Positions 53,143 to 63,480 of a stretch of DNA of 64,000 nucleotides are shown piece by piece. The stretch comes from Sphingobacteriales bacterium (lineage in GTDB: Bacteria; Bacteroidota; Bacteroidia; Chitinophagales; CAIOSU01). Below the pieces are notes generated by a model that worked only from the letters and a program-made list of their open reading frames with translations, had not been told where the DNA came from and did no database searches. The stretch is taken from contig JAIXOI010000023.1 in assembly GCA_027486795.1 (NCBI GenBank), forward strand, positions 322,076 to 386,075, written 5' to 3'. Each line of letters opens with the position of its first letter. The stretch's first letter is position 1. The translations under genes and the position numbers were made by a program.

Positions 53143-56100
53143 TTACCTTATTTTTTCAATCAGCACTTTAAGTTCTATGCCATTTACCTCTACGGTGTCG
53201 GCATCAGAAAGGTTACTGCCCAAAGAAAGTTCCTCGGCCAAAACTTCCGTGCAAATATAATCTTTAAAATTAACTATGGCATTATCGATTTCGGCTTGGC
53301 TTTCAACCACAACCTTAATGCGGTCAGTGACATTAAAATCCTTGTCTTTACGGAGGTTCTGTATCCGGTTTACCAACTCACGGGCATTACCTTCGTTGCG
53401 CAAATCATCGGTTATGGTAATGTCTAAAGCTACCGTAATATTACCCTGCGAAGCTACCAACCAACCCGGAATGTCTTCGCTGCTTATTTCCACATCGGCA
53501 AGCAACAAATCAAACATTTCGTCGCCAACAGGCAAGGTGTATTTACCGTCGCGCTCAATTTTCGAGATATCTTCTTGGGTAAAGGCATTTACCGCATTGC
53601 TTACGTCCTTCATTTTAGGACCCAGCTTGCTGCCCAATGACTTGAAGTTGGGTTTAATTCTCTTTTTGATGAATCCATCCGTATCGCGGATGTATTGTAC
53701 CTCTTTGATGTTCACTTCGGCCAATACCAAACTCTCAATGCGCTTGAAGTGTTCTTCAAAAGCATCGTTTAATACCGGCACCAATATGCGTTGTAATGGC
53801 TGGCGTACCCGGATGTTCTCCTTTTTGCGCAATGAAAGTACCAACGACGAAGCATCTTGAGCCATTTGCATCGAGGTCTCTAAGTCCAAGTCCAATACAT
53901 CAGCATCTGGAGTGATGAATGTAGTTAGGTGCACCGAATCGAATTGCAACGCACTACCTAATGCCTTCGCTTTTTCACGGATGCTATCGGTAAGGTTCTT
54001 ATACAGCCACTCGCCAAAGAAAGGCGCAATGGGGCTTATCAATTGAGCAGTAACCAATAGGCACTCAAACAAAGTCTCGTAAGCGGCTTTTTTATCGGCG
54101 CTCATTTCGCCACGCCAGAAACGTTTGCGACACAACCGCACGTACCAGTTGCTTAAGTGCTGGTCTACAAAATCTTGTATCAACCTAGCAGCTTTGGTAG
54201 GCTCGTAATCGGCATAGTTGGTATCTACTTCGCGCACCAAACTGTGCAGTTTAGATATAATCCAACGGTCAATTTCTTTGCGGTCTTTTACTGGGGTTAC
54301 ATTTTGCTCGTCCAGCACAAAGCCATCAATATTGGCGTACAGGCTGAAGAATGCATAAGTGTTGTATAGCGTTCCGAAGAATTTGCGTTGCGTTTCGCCA
54401 ATTCCAGCAATGTCAAACTTCAGGTTGTCCCAAGGTTGGGCATTGCTCATCATGTACCAGCGGGTAGCATCGGCGCCATATTGCTCAATAGTAGCAAATG
54501 GGTCGATGGTATTGCCCAAGCGCTTGCTCATTTTATTACCTTCCTTATCAAGCACCAAACCGTTAGAAACCACGTTTTTGTAAGCAACCGAATCGAACAA
54601 TAACGTACCCAATACATGCAGGGTAAAAAACCAGCCACGGGTTTGGTCAACGCCTTCACTGATGAAATCGGCAGGGAAGCTGTTTTTAAAGGTGTCCAAA
54701 TTCTCGAATGGATAGTGCCATTGCGCATACGGCATAGCGCCGCTCTCAAACCACACGTCAATTAAATCAGCCTCGCGGTGCATCGGCTTACCATTTGGCG
54801 ATACCAGTACAACCTCGTCAACATAGGGCTTATGCAAGTCAAGCTCAGCGGGCAATGTTTTATCCATAAAACCGGCAGCAACGGCTTTGTCAGCTTCTGC
54901 GCGTAATTCTGCTACCGAACCGATGCACATTTCCTCGGTGCCATCCTCGGTGCGCCAAATAGGCAATGGGGTACCCCAGTAGCGGCTTCGGCTCAAGTTC
55001 CAGTCAACCAAGTTTTCTAGCCAATTACCAAAACGACCTGTACCAGTGGCAGCAGGCTTCCAGTTGATGGTTTTATTTAGCTCCACCAAGCGGTCTTTCA
55101 CAGCCGTGGTGCGAATGAACCAACTATCTAATGGGTAATATAGAACAGGCTTATCGGTGCGCCAGCAGTGTGGGTAGTTGTGCTCGTATTTTTCTACTTT
55201 GAAGGCCTTGTTGTCCAGCTTCAAGCGATAAGTAATCTGTTCGTCGGCGCTCATGTATTTGGTAAGCGCTATTTCGCTATACTTAGCTTTTTGGCGTGCA
55301 AGCTCTTGCTCTAGTTCTTCGGCGGTATAGTAGTCTGCCTTTACATATTCGCCAGCAAGGTCGGTTACCTCGGCGGTAAATCGGCCTTGTTTGTTTACCA
55401 AAGTAAGGCTGCCAATGCCATTTTGCTTGGCCACACGCATATCGTCGGCACCAAAGCTAGGGGCTATATGCACTATACCCGTTCCGTCTTCGGTGGTTAC
55501 AAAGTCGCCAATAATAACCCGGAATGCATCGCCATCGGTAGGCTGGGCATAGGGCAATAGCTGCTCGTAGCGTATGCCTGCGAGGTCTTTGCCAGTCAAC
55601 TCCAGTGCTATCTCATGAGGCAGTTCTTTTTGCCCCGCCTCGTAGCTATCCAATGTTAGACTGGCATTATCGGCCTTAAAGTATTTACCAAAAAGCTCTT
55701 TAGCTAAAACAACCGAAACGGGCTGGTACGTATAAGGATTAAAGGTTTTAACCTTCACATAAGTCACGTTTCCGCCAACGGCCAAAGCGGTATTGCTTGG
55801 GAGGGTCCAAGGCGTGGTAGTCCATGCCAAAAAGTATAGTTGTTCGTTGGCAGCACTAAACAAACGCTCCGAATTTTCATTCCTTACTACCTTAAACTGC
55901 GCAACAGCCGAGGTGTCTTTCACATTCTTATAACAACCAGGCAAGTTCAGCTCATGCGAGCTAAGTCCCGTGCCAGCCGCAGGGCTGTATGGCTGTATGG
56001 TGTAACCTTTGTATAGCAGGTCTTTTTTGTAAAGCTCCTTCAGAATCCACCAAAGGGTCTCCATGTAATCGGGCTTGTAGGTAATGTATGGGTCATCCAA

Positions 56101-56532
56101 ATCTACCCAATAGCCCATGTTTTGGGTCAGTCGGTCCCACGATTCGGTAAACTTCATTACATCTTTGCGGCAAGCATCGTTGTAGTCGGCCACCGATATT
56201 TTTACCCCGATATCGTCTTTAGTAATGCCCAATTGTTTCTCCACGCCCAACTCAACTGGCAAGCCATGGGTATCCCATCCACCTTTGCGGTCTACTTTGT
56301 AGCCTTTCAGGGTTTTGTAACGGCAAAACAAATCCTTAATAGTGCGCGACATTACGTGGTGGATGCCCGGCATACCGTTGGCCGATGGCGGTCCTTCGTA
56401 AAACACAAAGTTGGGCGAACCCTCTCGATTGGTTATGCTGCGTTCAAAAACCTTCTCGTCTTGCCAAAATTTAAGGATGGCTTTATCTATCTCGGGCAGG
56501 TTAAGGCCCTTATGTTCGGGGTAATTTTTCAT
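53143..56532 (-). CDS. ileS: Isoleucine--tRNA ligase (type 2)
   Basis: It has a HIGH-type motif (PSANGMPGIHH) and a KMSKR motif. The start was trimmed to MKNYPEHKG (ATG at 56532). Confidence 0.95.
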   Translation of the reverse strand: MKNYPEHKGLNLPEIDKAILKFWQDEKVFERSITNREGSPNFVFYEGPPSANGMPGIHHVMSRTIKDLFCRYKTLKGYKVDRKGGWDTHGLPVELGVEKQLGITKDDIGVKISVADYNDACRKDVMKFTESWDRLTQNMGYWVDLDDPYITYKPDYMETLWWILKELYKKDLLYKGYTIQPYSPAAGTGLSSHELNLPGCYKNVKDTSAVAQFKVVRNENSERLFSAANEQLYFLAWTTTPWTLPSNTALAVGGNVTYVKVKTFNPYTYQPVSVVLAKELFGKYFKADNASLTLDSYEAGQKELPHEIALELTGKDLAGIRYEQLLPYAQPTDGDAFRVIIGDFVTTEDGTGIVHIAPSFGADDMRVAKQNGIGSLTLVNKQGRFTAEVTDLAGEYVKADYYTAEELEQELARQKAKYSEIALTKYMSADEQITYRLKLDNKAFKVEKYEHNYPHCWRTDKPVLYYPLDSWFIRTTAVKDRLVELNKTINWKPAATGTGRFGNWLENLVDWNLSRSRYWGTPLPIWRTEDGTEEMCIGSVAELRAEADKAVAAGFMDKTLPAELDLHKPYVDEVVLVSPNGKPMHREADLIDVWFESGAMPYAQWHYPFENLDTFKNSFPADFISEGVDQTRGWFFTLHVLGTLLFDSVAYKNVVSNGLVLDKEGNKMSKRLGNTIDPFATIEQYGADATRWYMMSNAQPWDNLKFDIAGIGETQRKFFGTLYNTYAFFSLYANIDGFVLDEQNVTPVKDRKEIDRWIISKLHSLVREVDTNYADYEPTKAARLIQDFVDQHLSNWYVRLCRKRFWRGEMSADKKAAYETLFECLLVTAQLISPIAPFFGEWLYKNLTDSIREKAKALGSALQFDSVHLTTFITPDADVLDLDLETSMQMAQDASSLVLSLRKKENIRVRQPLQRILVPVLNDAFEEHFKRIESLVLAEVNIKEVQYIRDTDGFIKKRIKPNFKSLGSKLGPKMKDVSNAVNAFTQEDISKIERDGKYTLPVGDEMFDLLLADVEISSEDIPGWLVASQGNITVALDITITDDLRNEGNARELVNRIQNLRKDKDFNVTDRIKVVVESQAEIDNAIVNFKDYICTEVLAEELSLGSNLSDADTVEVNGIELKVLIEKIR

Positions 56533-56698
56533 TGGAATGGATGGAATGAATTGCGAAAATATGAAACACACGGGAAATGGGCGAGACGTTTTTTAGATAA
56601 ACGCCTCTCAGCTAATTCGTATGAAGGAGAATATGGATACTTGGGGTTTCATGTGGTGTAAAGATAACGCTGCTTAGGGAGATATGAAAGGGGTGTAA

Positions 56699-57844
56699 TT
56701 AAAGGTTTCTCCAGTTTTTTACTTCGATGCCTTGTTTAGAAGTAAACTCCATTTCGCCGTCATATATAACCCAACCATTTTGCGCGCCAGAAAAAACTTT
56801 GAATTTTTCTATTGCCTTTAAAAAATCCATATTGAAAGTACTGGCGGACTTAATTTCTACGGGAATAAAGGTGTTCCCTTTATCGATAATCAAATCTACT
56901 TCAACATCATTACTATCCCGCCAAAAGTATAGAGCATCAGTGCTGCCTGTATTTGCAACTTGCTTTACAATTTCCATTACCATAAAATTCTCGACCAACG
57001 AGCCGCGGAAATGGGAGTAAGCTAGTTCGTTGGTATCTTTAATATTCAATAAAGAACAGGCTAAACCTGTATCGTAAAAATATAGCTTTGGCGATTTAAC
57101 AATCCTTTTATTAAAACTGCTATGATATGGTAGCAAAAGCTTAACAACATAACTACTTTCAAGCACTGAAAGCCAAGAATTCACCGTCCTACTGTCAATA
57201 CCACACTCATTACTAATGGCCGAAATATTCAATAGCTGACCTGTTCTTCCGGCGCATATCCTCAGAAATTTCGTAAACAACAGGGTATCCTCTATATTCT
57301 TTATCTGCCGTACGTCTCGCTCTATATAAGTGCGTATGTAAGAGGCGTACCAAAGGTTTGCTTTTCGCTTTTTGTGATATATCTCAGGATAGGTGCCCTG
57401 AAACACAAAATCATTGAGCGTAATGGGAACAGCATCGAAACGATTGATTTCTTTTACACTCAGCGGCAGCAAATCAAGTATGCCTACCCTACCTGCCAAC
57501 GATTGACTGATGTTGTTTTGAAGCATAAAGTTATTGCTACCGGTAAGTATAAAAAGCCCATCGGTATCGGCATCATCAATAATTTGTTGCAGATAATTAA
57601 ACAAGTGTGGCACTCGCTGTACTTCATCCAATATTGCCCCCTTTGGAAATCTATTCAAGAATGCAAGCGGATCGGCATCAGCCAATTGTCTCTCATCAGG
57701 ATTTTCAAGAGAAACATAAGGTTTTTTATCAAATACCTTCTTTACAAGCGTGGATTTCCCGCTTTGCCTAGGGCCAAGAACTACTAATGAGCGAAACTGG
57801 GTGGCACACTCCAACAAGAGTTTTTCAATATCTCTGTCAATCAT
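56699..57844 (-). CDS. AAA ATPase with DUF4143 and C-terminal PD-(D/E)xK-like motif (paralog of 26141..27295)
   Basis: 381 aa. Motifs are VLGPRQSGKST, ILDEVQ and VEVDLIID...PVEIK. Confidence 0.8.
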   Translation of the reverse strand: MIDRDIEKLLLECATQFRSLVVLGPRQSGKSTLVKKVFDKKPYVSLENPDERQLADADPLAFLNRFPKGAILDEVQRVPHLFNYLQQIIDDADTDGLFILTGSNNFMLQNNISQSLAGRVGILDLLPLSVKEINRFDAVPITLNDFVFQGTYPEIYHKKRKANLWYASYIRTYIERDVRQIKNIEDTLLFTKFLRICAGRTGQLLNISAISNECGIDSRTVNSWLSVLESSYVVKLLLPYHSSFNKRIVKSPKLYFYDTGLACSLLNIKDTNELAYSHFRGSLVENFMVMEIVKQVANTGSTDALYFWRDSNDVEVDLIIDKGNTFIPVEIKSASTFNMDFLKAIEKFKVFSGAQNGWVIYDGEMEFTSKQGIEVKNWRNL

Positions 57845-57905
57845 AACTATGCAAATTTAGCATTTCAATGCACAATTTACATAACAATCATCAATTTCCA
57901 TCAAT

Positions 57906-60266
57906 CTACTTTCCCACCTTATCTATCAAATGCCGCTTTCTCTTTGGCACCCTATCAAATGTGAGCAACAGTGCGGGTAATAGCAGCAGGTTGGCAAACA
58001 AGGAGGCTATTAAAGTAATGGAGATAAGCAACCCCATATACTTGGTACCATCGAAATTGGAGGCAATAAACGTACTGAAGCCAAAGAATAGAATAAGTGA
58101 AGTGTAAATAATACTTACGCCACTTTCTCGAAGGGTATAGGATACTGTGTGTGGTATGTTCCATAAGTGCCGCTCCAAATCAAGACGATACTTAGCAAGG
58201 AAATGGATAGTGTTATCTACCGAAATACCAAAAGCTACGCTAAATACTAGCACGGTAGAAGGTTTGAGTGGAATATTCCAGTAACCCATTAGCCCAGCAG
58301 TAAATAGCAACGGAATAAGGTTGGGCACCAATGCAATAATCAACATCAGGGGCGTGCGGAACATAAAAGCCATAATAGCTGCAATAAGCGCCAAAGCGCC
58401 AATAACACTACTTACCAAACCTTGAGTAAGATAGGCGTTGCCTTCCATAACCACTATGCTGGTGCCCGTATAGCTTACTGTATAATCCTCTTCCGGGAAA
58501 ATAGGCAAGAAGATGCTATCTAAGGCAGCATATAGCTCCGGTAAACGATTGGAACCAATATCCGGTATCTGTACGCTAATGCGTGCAATACTGCGGGTAC
58601 TATCCATAAAGTTATTAATGATGTCACCCTGTCCATTGCCAGTTGTGTCCTTCCCTGTATTCTGAAGGTAAGTAAGAATGAAGGTGCCTTCAGGCGCTAG
58701 GCCGCTTGTTTTTGGCAGGCGATAACGATCAGGGTTGCCGTTATAATAAGCTTGAGTAATAAACTTTAACCCATTAACTACCGACATTGGTTTACCAAAA
58801 AACTCGCTTTGCCCCATTGAGTCCTGTGCCTCTTCAATCTTCCTAAGGTTAGAAGGCTTCATTACGCCACCTTTTTCCTTCGTATCTATCAATATCTCCA
58901 AAGGCATAACGCCAGTATAGTGCTCTTCTAAGAATTTTAAATCGCGGTAAGCCGCCGATGACTTAGGCACATCATCTAAAATGTATCCTCGCGTTTCTAA
59001 TAGCGTCACTCCAAATGACGACAATAAAATGATTACAATAGAAACGGCAAAGATGACCTTAGGGTATTTTTGTGTTGCATTATCTAGCTGGTTGAGCGTG
59101 CCCTGCAGTGCTTTTCTATCCAAATGTTTGATGTGCCGATCTTTTGGCACCGCTAGAAAACTAAAAATTACAGGAATGGCAATGATTGAAATAAAAAACA
59201 GCAATGCTGTCATAATGCCTGCTATCAAACCAAACTCTTCCAGCATTTTGCTACCGGTAAAACAGAACACCCAAAACCCAATAGCCGTGGTTAGGTTTAC
59301 GAAGAACGTTGTATACCCGATGCGTTGAATCATATTGGCTAAAGCACGCACCTTATTGCCATGCTTGGCAAACTCACTATGATACTTGTTGATGAGGTAG
59401 ATACAGTTGGGTATGCCCGTGATGATGATTAGGTTGGGAATAAGCGCCGTAAGGATGTTGATTTTATAACCGAATATTACCAAGAAACCCATTGTCCAAA
59501 CTACACCAATACCCACCACCACCATGGAGAAAAACACCACTGTAACCGACCTAAAGAGAAACAGAAGTACCGCGATCAGCACAATTACTGCAACAATCAG
59601 CACTTGAACCAGCTCGCGCTGGATGAGTTCTAGCCTAAAAGTGCGTATTACTGGCAACCCACTTCGGTGAACGGTGGTTTTGGTGCGAACCTCAAAACCA
59701 TCGGCCATAGCCTCAATTCGCTTTTCCAATGCCAGTTTGGCATTCAGTTCCAGTTTTTTCTCTTGCAGCGGTATTATCATTACCGTTACATCCGAACCCT
59801 CGTTGTAAACCAAACCATGGTAGAAAGGCATGCGTTTCCATTCTTCTTCAATAGCGGCTACTTCCGCATCGGTTGTAGGTGCCTGGGCGGGAAACTTCTG
59901 TACCACAAACTTCCTGGCCGCTGTATCTTTACCCAATGTAATGCCATGCGCAACGCTCAATAACTGTCCTACCCCAGGTAATAATTGGATGCTATCGCCT
60001 AATGTTTTCCATTGATTGTAAAACTTTAAGTCGAACAATGGCTTGTGCTCAACAGCCAACACCATGAGGTTGCCTTGTTGGCCAAATTCGGCCAAAAAAC
60101 TACGCAAATCCTTCATGCTCTGGTGGTCCTCGGGTATTACCCGGCTTATCTCATAGTCGGTCTGTATCTTTGTGCCAAGCACCCCCATAACTACCGTTGA
60201 CAATACCAGCAGTATTGCCAAAACTATACGGTAACGGAGAATATATTTAGCTATAGGGTACCACAT
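57906..60266 (-). CDS. RND-superfamily exporter (COG1033/MMPL-like, 12 TM)
   Basis: It contains two 6-TM bundles, each with a large periplasmic loop. The start was trimmed to MWYPIAKYIL (ATG at 60266). Confidence 0.7.
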   Translation of the reverse strand: MWYPIAKYILRYRIVLAILLVLSTVVMGVLGTKIQTDYEISRVIPEDHQSMKDLRSFLAEFGQQGNLMVLAVEHKPLFDLKFYNQWKTLGDSIQLLPGVGQLLSVAHGITLGKDTAARKFVVQKFPAQAPTTDAEVAAIEEEWKRMPFYHGLVYNEGSDVTVMIIPLQEKKLELNAKLALEKRIEAMADGFEVRTKTTVHRSGLPVIRTFRLELIQRELVQVLIVAVIVLIAVLLFLFRSVTVVFFSMVVVGIGVVWTMGFLVIFGYKINILTALIPNLIIITGIPNCIYLINKYHSEFAKHGNKVRALANMIQRIGYTTFFVNLTTAIGFWVFCFTGSKMLEEFGLIAGIMTALLFFISIIAIPVIFSFLAVPKDRHIKHLDRKALQGTLNQLDNATQKYPKVIFAVSIVIILLSSFGVTLLETRGYILDDVPKSSAAYRDLKFLEEHYTGVMPLEILIDTKEKGGVMKPSNLRKIEEAQDSMGQSEFFGKPMSVVNGLKFITQAYYNGNPDRYRLPKTSGLAPEGTFILTYLQNTGKDTTGNGQGDIINNFMDSTRSIARISVQIPDIGSNRLPELYAALDSIFLPIFPEEDYTVSYTGTSIVVMEGNAYLTQGLVSSVIGALALIAAIMAFMFRTPLMLIIALVPNLIPLLFTAGLMGYWNIPLKPSTVLVFSVAFGISVDNTIHFLAKYRLDLERHLWNIPHTVSYTLRESGVSIIYTSLILFFGFSTFIASNFDGTKYMGLLISITLIASLFANLLLLPALLLTFDRVPKRKRHLIDKVGK

Positions 60267-60420
60267 GGCATCATAGAAGAGCGCTAAAGTTAGTACTTTG
60301 TATAAGAAATACCGCAAACGCATTATTATCTTTGCAAATAACGGTTCTATTTTGGCTTGTAATAATAAGCACCTAAGTACGAGCGTTTATAGCGCGACCA
60401 TTAAATTTTTGAACTCCAAC

Positions 60421-62727
60421 ATGAGGTATAGCATTCTTTTTCTGCTTATTGTAACATTGGGTACAAGCCAAGCATGGTCGCAAAAGCTTGCCATTGGCCA
60501 ATGGTACACACATTTACCTCAACGCAATGCTAGGCAGTTGGTTGATACCGGAGATGAAATTTTTACCCTTACCGATGTATACTATTTTTCGGTGGACAAA
60601 AATTCTGGGGAAGTGAACCTGTACGACAAGGTTTGGGGCCTGAGCGATGTGCAAGTTGACCACATAGCTTACGCAGCAAATAACAAAGCCCTGCTTGTAG
60701 CTTATCGCAATACAAATATCGACTTGATTTTAGAAGGCAACACCATCATCAACGTATCCGATATTTTAAGAAAGAGCATTAGCGGTATCAAAGAAATAAA
60801 CCAAATAGTAATAGCTGGCAACACGGCATACTTTGCCACAACCTTTGGCATTGTAGTGTTCAATATAGAGAAGGAAGAGTTTAGCGACACTTATATTATT
60901 GGCGATAATGGGGGCCAAGTATCGGTAATAGATTTAGCCCTTACCACCGATAGCATTTATGCTATTTCTTCGGAAGGCTTAAAAGTAGCCACCCTTTCGG
61001 GTGTAAATCTAGCCAACTACCAAAACTGGCAGAACATAGGTACCCCCAGCGGAATGCCTACCGCAAACGGCAAAAATATTGAGATGCTGAATGACTCCAT
61101 TTTTGCCTTGTTTGGCAACAAGGTTTATAAAGGATTGAACGGCGTTTGGAACGAATATTTTGTGGATACCAACTTTACCATAACCGCTATAAAAAGCACC
61201 GGCAACCACCTAATGGTTTTGCAAACCAACCCAAACCTTCAGGGTAGGCTTAGTTATAAAAACGAATCGGGTGTTTGGCAAAACATTACCGCCCCCAATT
61301 TCAATATCCCTTCGGATGTAGTGTGGGATGCGGATGGAACACTTTGGGTATCTGACGAATTCCAAGGCCTAGTAAAGTATGTTTCGGCGGCCGATATAAA
61401 GCCTATTGTGCCCAATGGCCCCAACTCTTTCTCTATAACCGGCATGAGCTACAAAGGCGGCGTGCTTTGGGCGGCACCGGGTGGCGCTGATGCCAACTGG
61501 GATTATAACTATAACAATGGCGGTTTTCTCTCGTTAGAGAACAATTTTTGGGGACAGTATAATCAGTTTTTTATTCCACAGTTGGCGGGGGTACTCAATA
61601 TATTTACCGTTGAAACGGACCCAAGCACCAGTAACGTGTATTTTGGTTCGTTTTGGGATGGCTTATTAGTATGGGACGGAACAACGCTTACAAAATACAA
61701 CCAAACTAATAGCACCCTCGAAGGGGCCGTTGGCGATGAACAGCGCACCCGCATAAGCGCCTTGAAATTAGATGAGGCCGGCAATTTATGGATTGCAAAC
61801 CATGGTGCGGTTTCGCCGCTGCATGTGTTGTCGCCTGATGGTGTAATGACCAAGTTGAGAACGCCGCAAATTTCCTTGGGTTCGGTTTCGGATATTGTGA
61901 TTGACGATTTTGGCCGCAAATGGGTGGCCTTGCCCCAAAGCAGCGCCCAAGGCATTTTGGTTTACGATCACGGAGCTGATGTAGCCAATACCTCAGACGA
62001 CCAAACGAAAATATTAACTAGCCAAGTAGGCAACGGCGCCTTGCCCAACAACGATGTAATAGCCCTAGCCAATGATAAGTCTGGCCAAATATGGGTTGGT
62101 ACTACCGAGGGTATTGCCGTATTTTATTGCGCTGGTTCAGTACTTACACAAGGTTGCGATGCACAAAGGATAATAGTAAGCCGAGATGGGTTTAATGGCT
62201 ATTTGCTTGAAAACGAACGGATAAACGACATATTGGTAGATGGTGCCGACAGAAAATGGGTAGCCACCAACAGCGGCCTGTGGGTGTTCTCGCCCGACGG
62301 AACTGAAGAGCTTGCCTACTATAACGAAGAAAACAGCCCACTGCTATCAAACAACGTTATAAAGCTGGGATACGATGGCGAGCATGGCATTATGTATATC
62401 AGCACTGGCAGGGGCCTTATGTCGTTGCGCACCGAAGCTACCGAAGCAACCGATGCCTATCTTGATCCGATTGAAGTTTACCCAAATCCCGTGCGTGAAA
62501 CCTACAATGGCACCATTGCCATAAAAGGATTGCCCGCCAATGCCGAAGTAAGGATAACTGATATAACAGGCGAGTTGGTATACCAAACAACTGCCCTGGG
62601 CGGCCAAGCCGTATGGGACGGAAAAGACTACACGGGCCGTAAGCCTAAAACCGGTGTTTACCTGGTGTTCTCCGTCAACGAGGAGGGTACCGCATCGCAA
62701 CCCACCAAGTTGCTATTTATCAAGTAG
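60421..62727 (+). CDS. Beta-propeller protein with T9SS C-terminal sorting domain (PorZ-like candidate)
   Basis: The start was trimmed to MRYSILFLLIVTLGTSQAWSQ (signal peptide). It has repeated Reg_prop-like blades (WVGT/WVAT...GL). The C-terminus is a T9SS CTD (YPNPV...ITDITGELVY...GVYLV). Confidence 0.6.
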   Translation: MRYSILFLLIVTLGTSQAWSQKLAIGQWYTHLPQRNARQLVDTGDEIFTLTDVYYFSVDKNSGEVNLYDKVWGLSDVQVDHIAYAANNKALLVAYRNTNIDLILEGNTIINVSDILRKSISGIKEINQIVIAGNTAYFATTFGIVVFNIEKEEFSDTYIIGDNGGQVSVIDLALTTDSIYAISSEGLKVATLSGVNLANYQNWQNIGTPSGMPTANGKNIEMLNDSIFALFGNKVYKGLNGVWNEYFVDTNFTITAIKSTGNHLMVLQTNPNLQGRLSYKNESGVWQNITAPNFNIPSDVVWDADGTLWVSDEFQGLVKYVSAADIKPIVPNGPNSFSITGMSYKGGVLWAAPGGADANWDYNYNNGGFLSLENNFWGQYNQFFIPQLAGVLNIFTVETDPSTSNVYFGSFWDGLLVWDGTTLTKYNQTNSTLEGAVGDEQRTRISALKLDEAGNLWIANHGAVSPLHVLSPDGVMTKLRTPQISLGSVSDIVIDDFGRKWVALPQSSAQGILVYDHGADVANTSDDQTKILTSQVGNGALPNNDVIALANDKSGQIWVGTTEGIAVFYCAGSVLTQGCDAQRIIVSRDGFNGYLLENERINDILVDGADRKWVATNSGLWVFSPDGTEELAYYNEENSPLLSNNVIKLGYDGEHGIMYISTGRGLMSLRTEATEATDAYLDPIEVYPNPVRETYNGTIAIKGLPANAEVRITDITGELVYQTTALGGQAVWDGKDYTGRKPKTGVYLVFSVNEEGTASQPTKLLFIK

Positions 62728-62751
62728 CAAAACTAGTATCTTTAGGCTTGG

Positions 62752-63480
62752 ATGCTAGTAAAAACCCATGGTTTGGTATTGCACACGCTTAAATACTCCG
62801 AAACGAGTATCGTAAGCCGTATTTTCACTCGAGAACTGGGACTACAGTCGTATATGGTAAACGGTGTGCGCAGCACCAAGGGCAATAAAGCTGCATTATT
62901 TAGGCCAGGCAACATACTCGAGCTGGTTTCCTATTTCAAACGGGAGCACAAGGGCCTACAGCGATTGAAGGAGTTCAACTTTGGAGTTGTGTATCAGCAA
63001 TTACCGTTTCATATTATCAAAAGCTCATTGGCCCTGTTCATTATTGAGGTTTTGAATAAGGTATTGAGCGAAGAAGACCCCAACCCTGAACTGTATGACT
63101 TTATTGAAGGCTCCTTTATAGGGCTTGACACTACCGATGTTGATTTAGGCACTTTCCATTTACGGTTTCTTGGTATGTTAGCCATGCAGCTTGGTTTCCA
63201 TCCAGGCGGGAAATTTGAGCACAACACCCCTTATTTTGATTTGAAAGAAGGCCTTAGCTATGCACAAGCGCCTAACCACAGTAATTACTTAACCGCTAGG
63301 CAAACCGCATTTTTTTTCAATGAATATCTCAATAGCCCTTTAGACATTGCCGAAAGGCGGTCGTTGCTCGAAAAGCTACTGTACTTTTACACCCTCCACA
63401 TCGATAATTTTGGGGAAGTAAGGTCGTGGGAGATACTTAGGGAAGTGCTTAGCGCCGCCGCCAGCCCACCAAGGCCATAA
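62752..63480 (+). CDS. recO: DNA repair protein RecO
   Basis: 242 aa. The N-terminal OB-fold pattern is GLVLHTLKYSETSIVSRIFT. Confidence 0.85.
   Translation: MLVKTHGLVLHTLKYSETSIVSRIFTRELGLQSYMVNGVRSTKGNKAALFRPGNILELVSYFKREHKGLQRLKEFNFGVVYQQLPFHIIKSSLALFIIEVLNKVLSEEDPNPELYDFIEGSFIGLDTTDVDLGTFHLRFLGMLAMQLGFHPGGKFEHNTPYFDLKEGLSYAQAPNHSNYLTARQTAFFFNEYLNSPLDIAERRSLLEKLLYFYTLHIDNFGEVRSWEILREVLSAAASPPRP

Noticed and set aside
56572-56698. Possible leader or riboswitch (T-box-like) upstream of ileS, including a 9-bp stem with one G-U pair (GAGGCGUUU/AAACGUCUC)
   Set aside because: No specifier or T-box consensus is visible, and T-boxes are not expected for Bacteroidota ileS. The hairpin lacks a U-tract.
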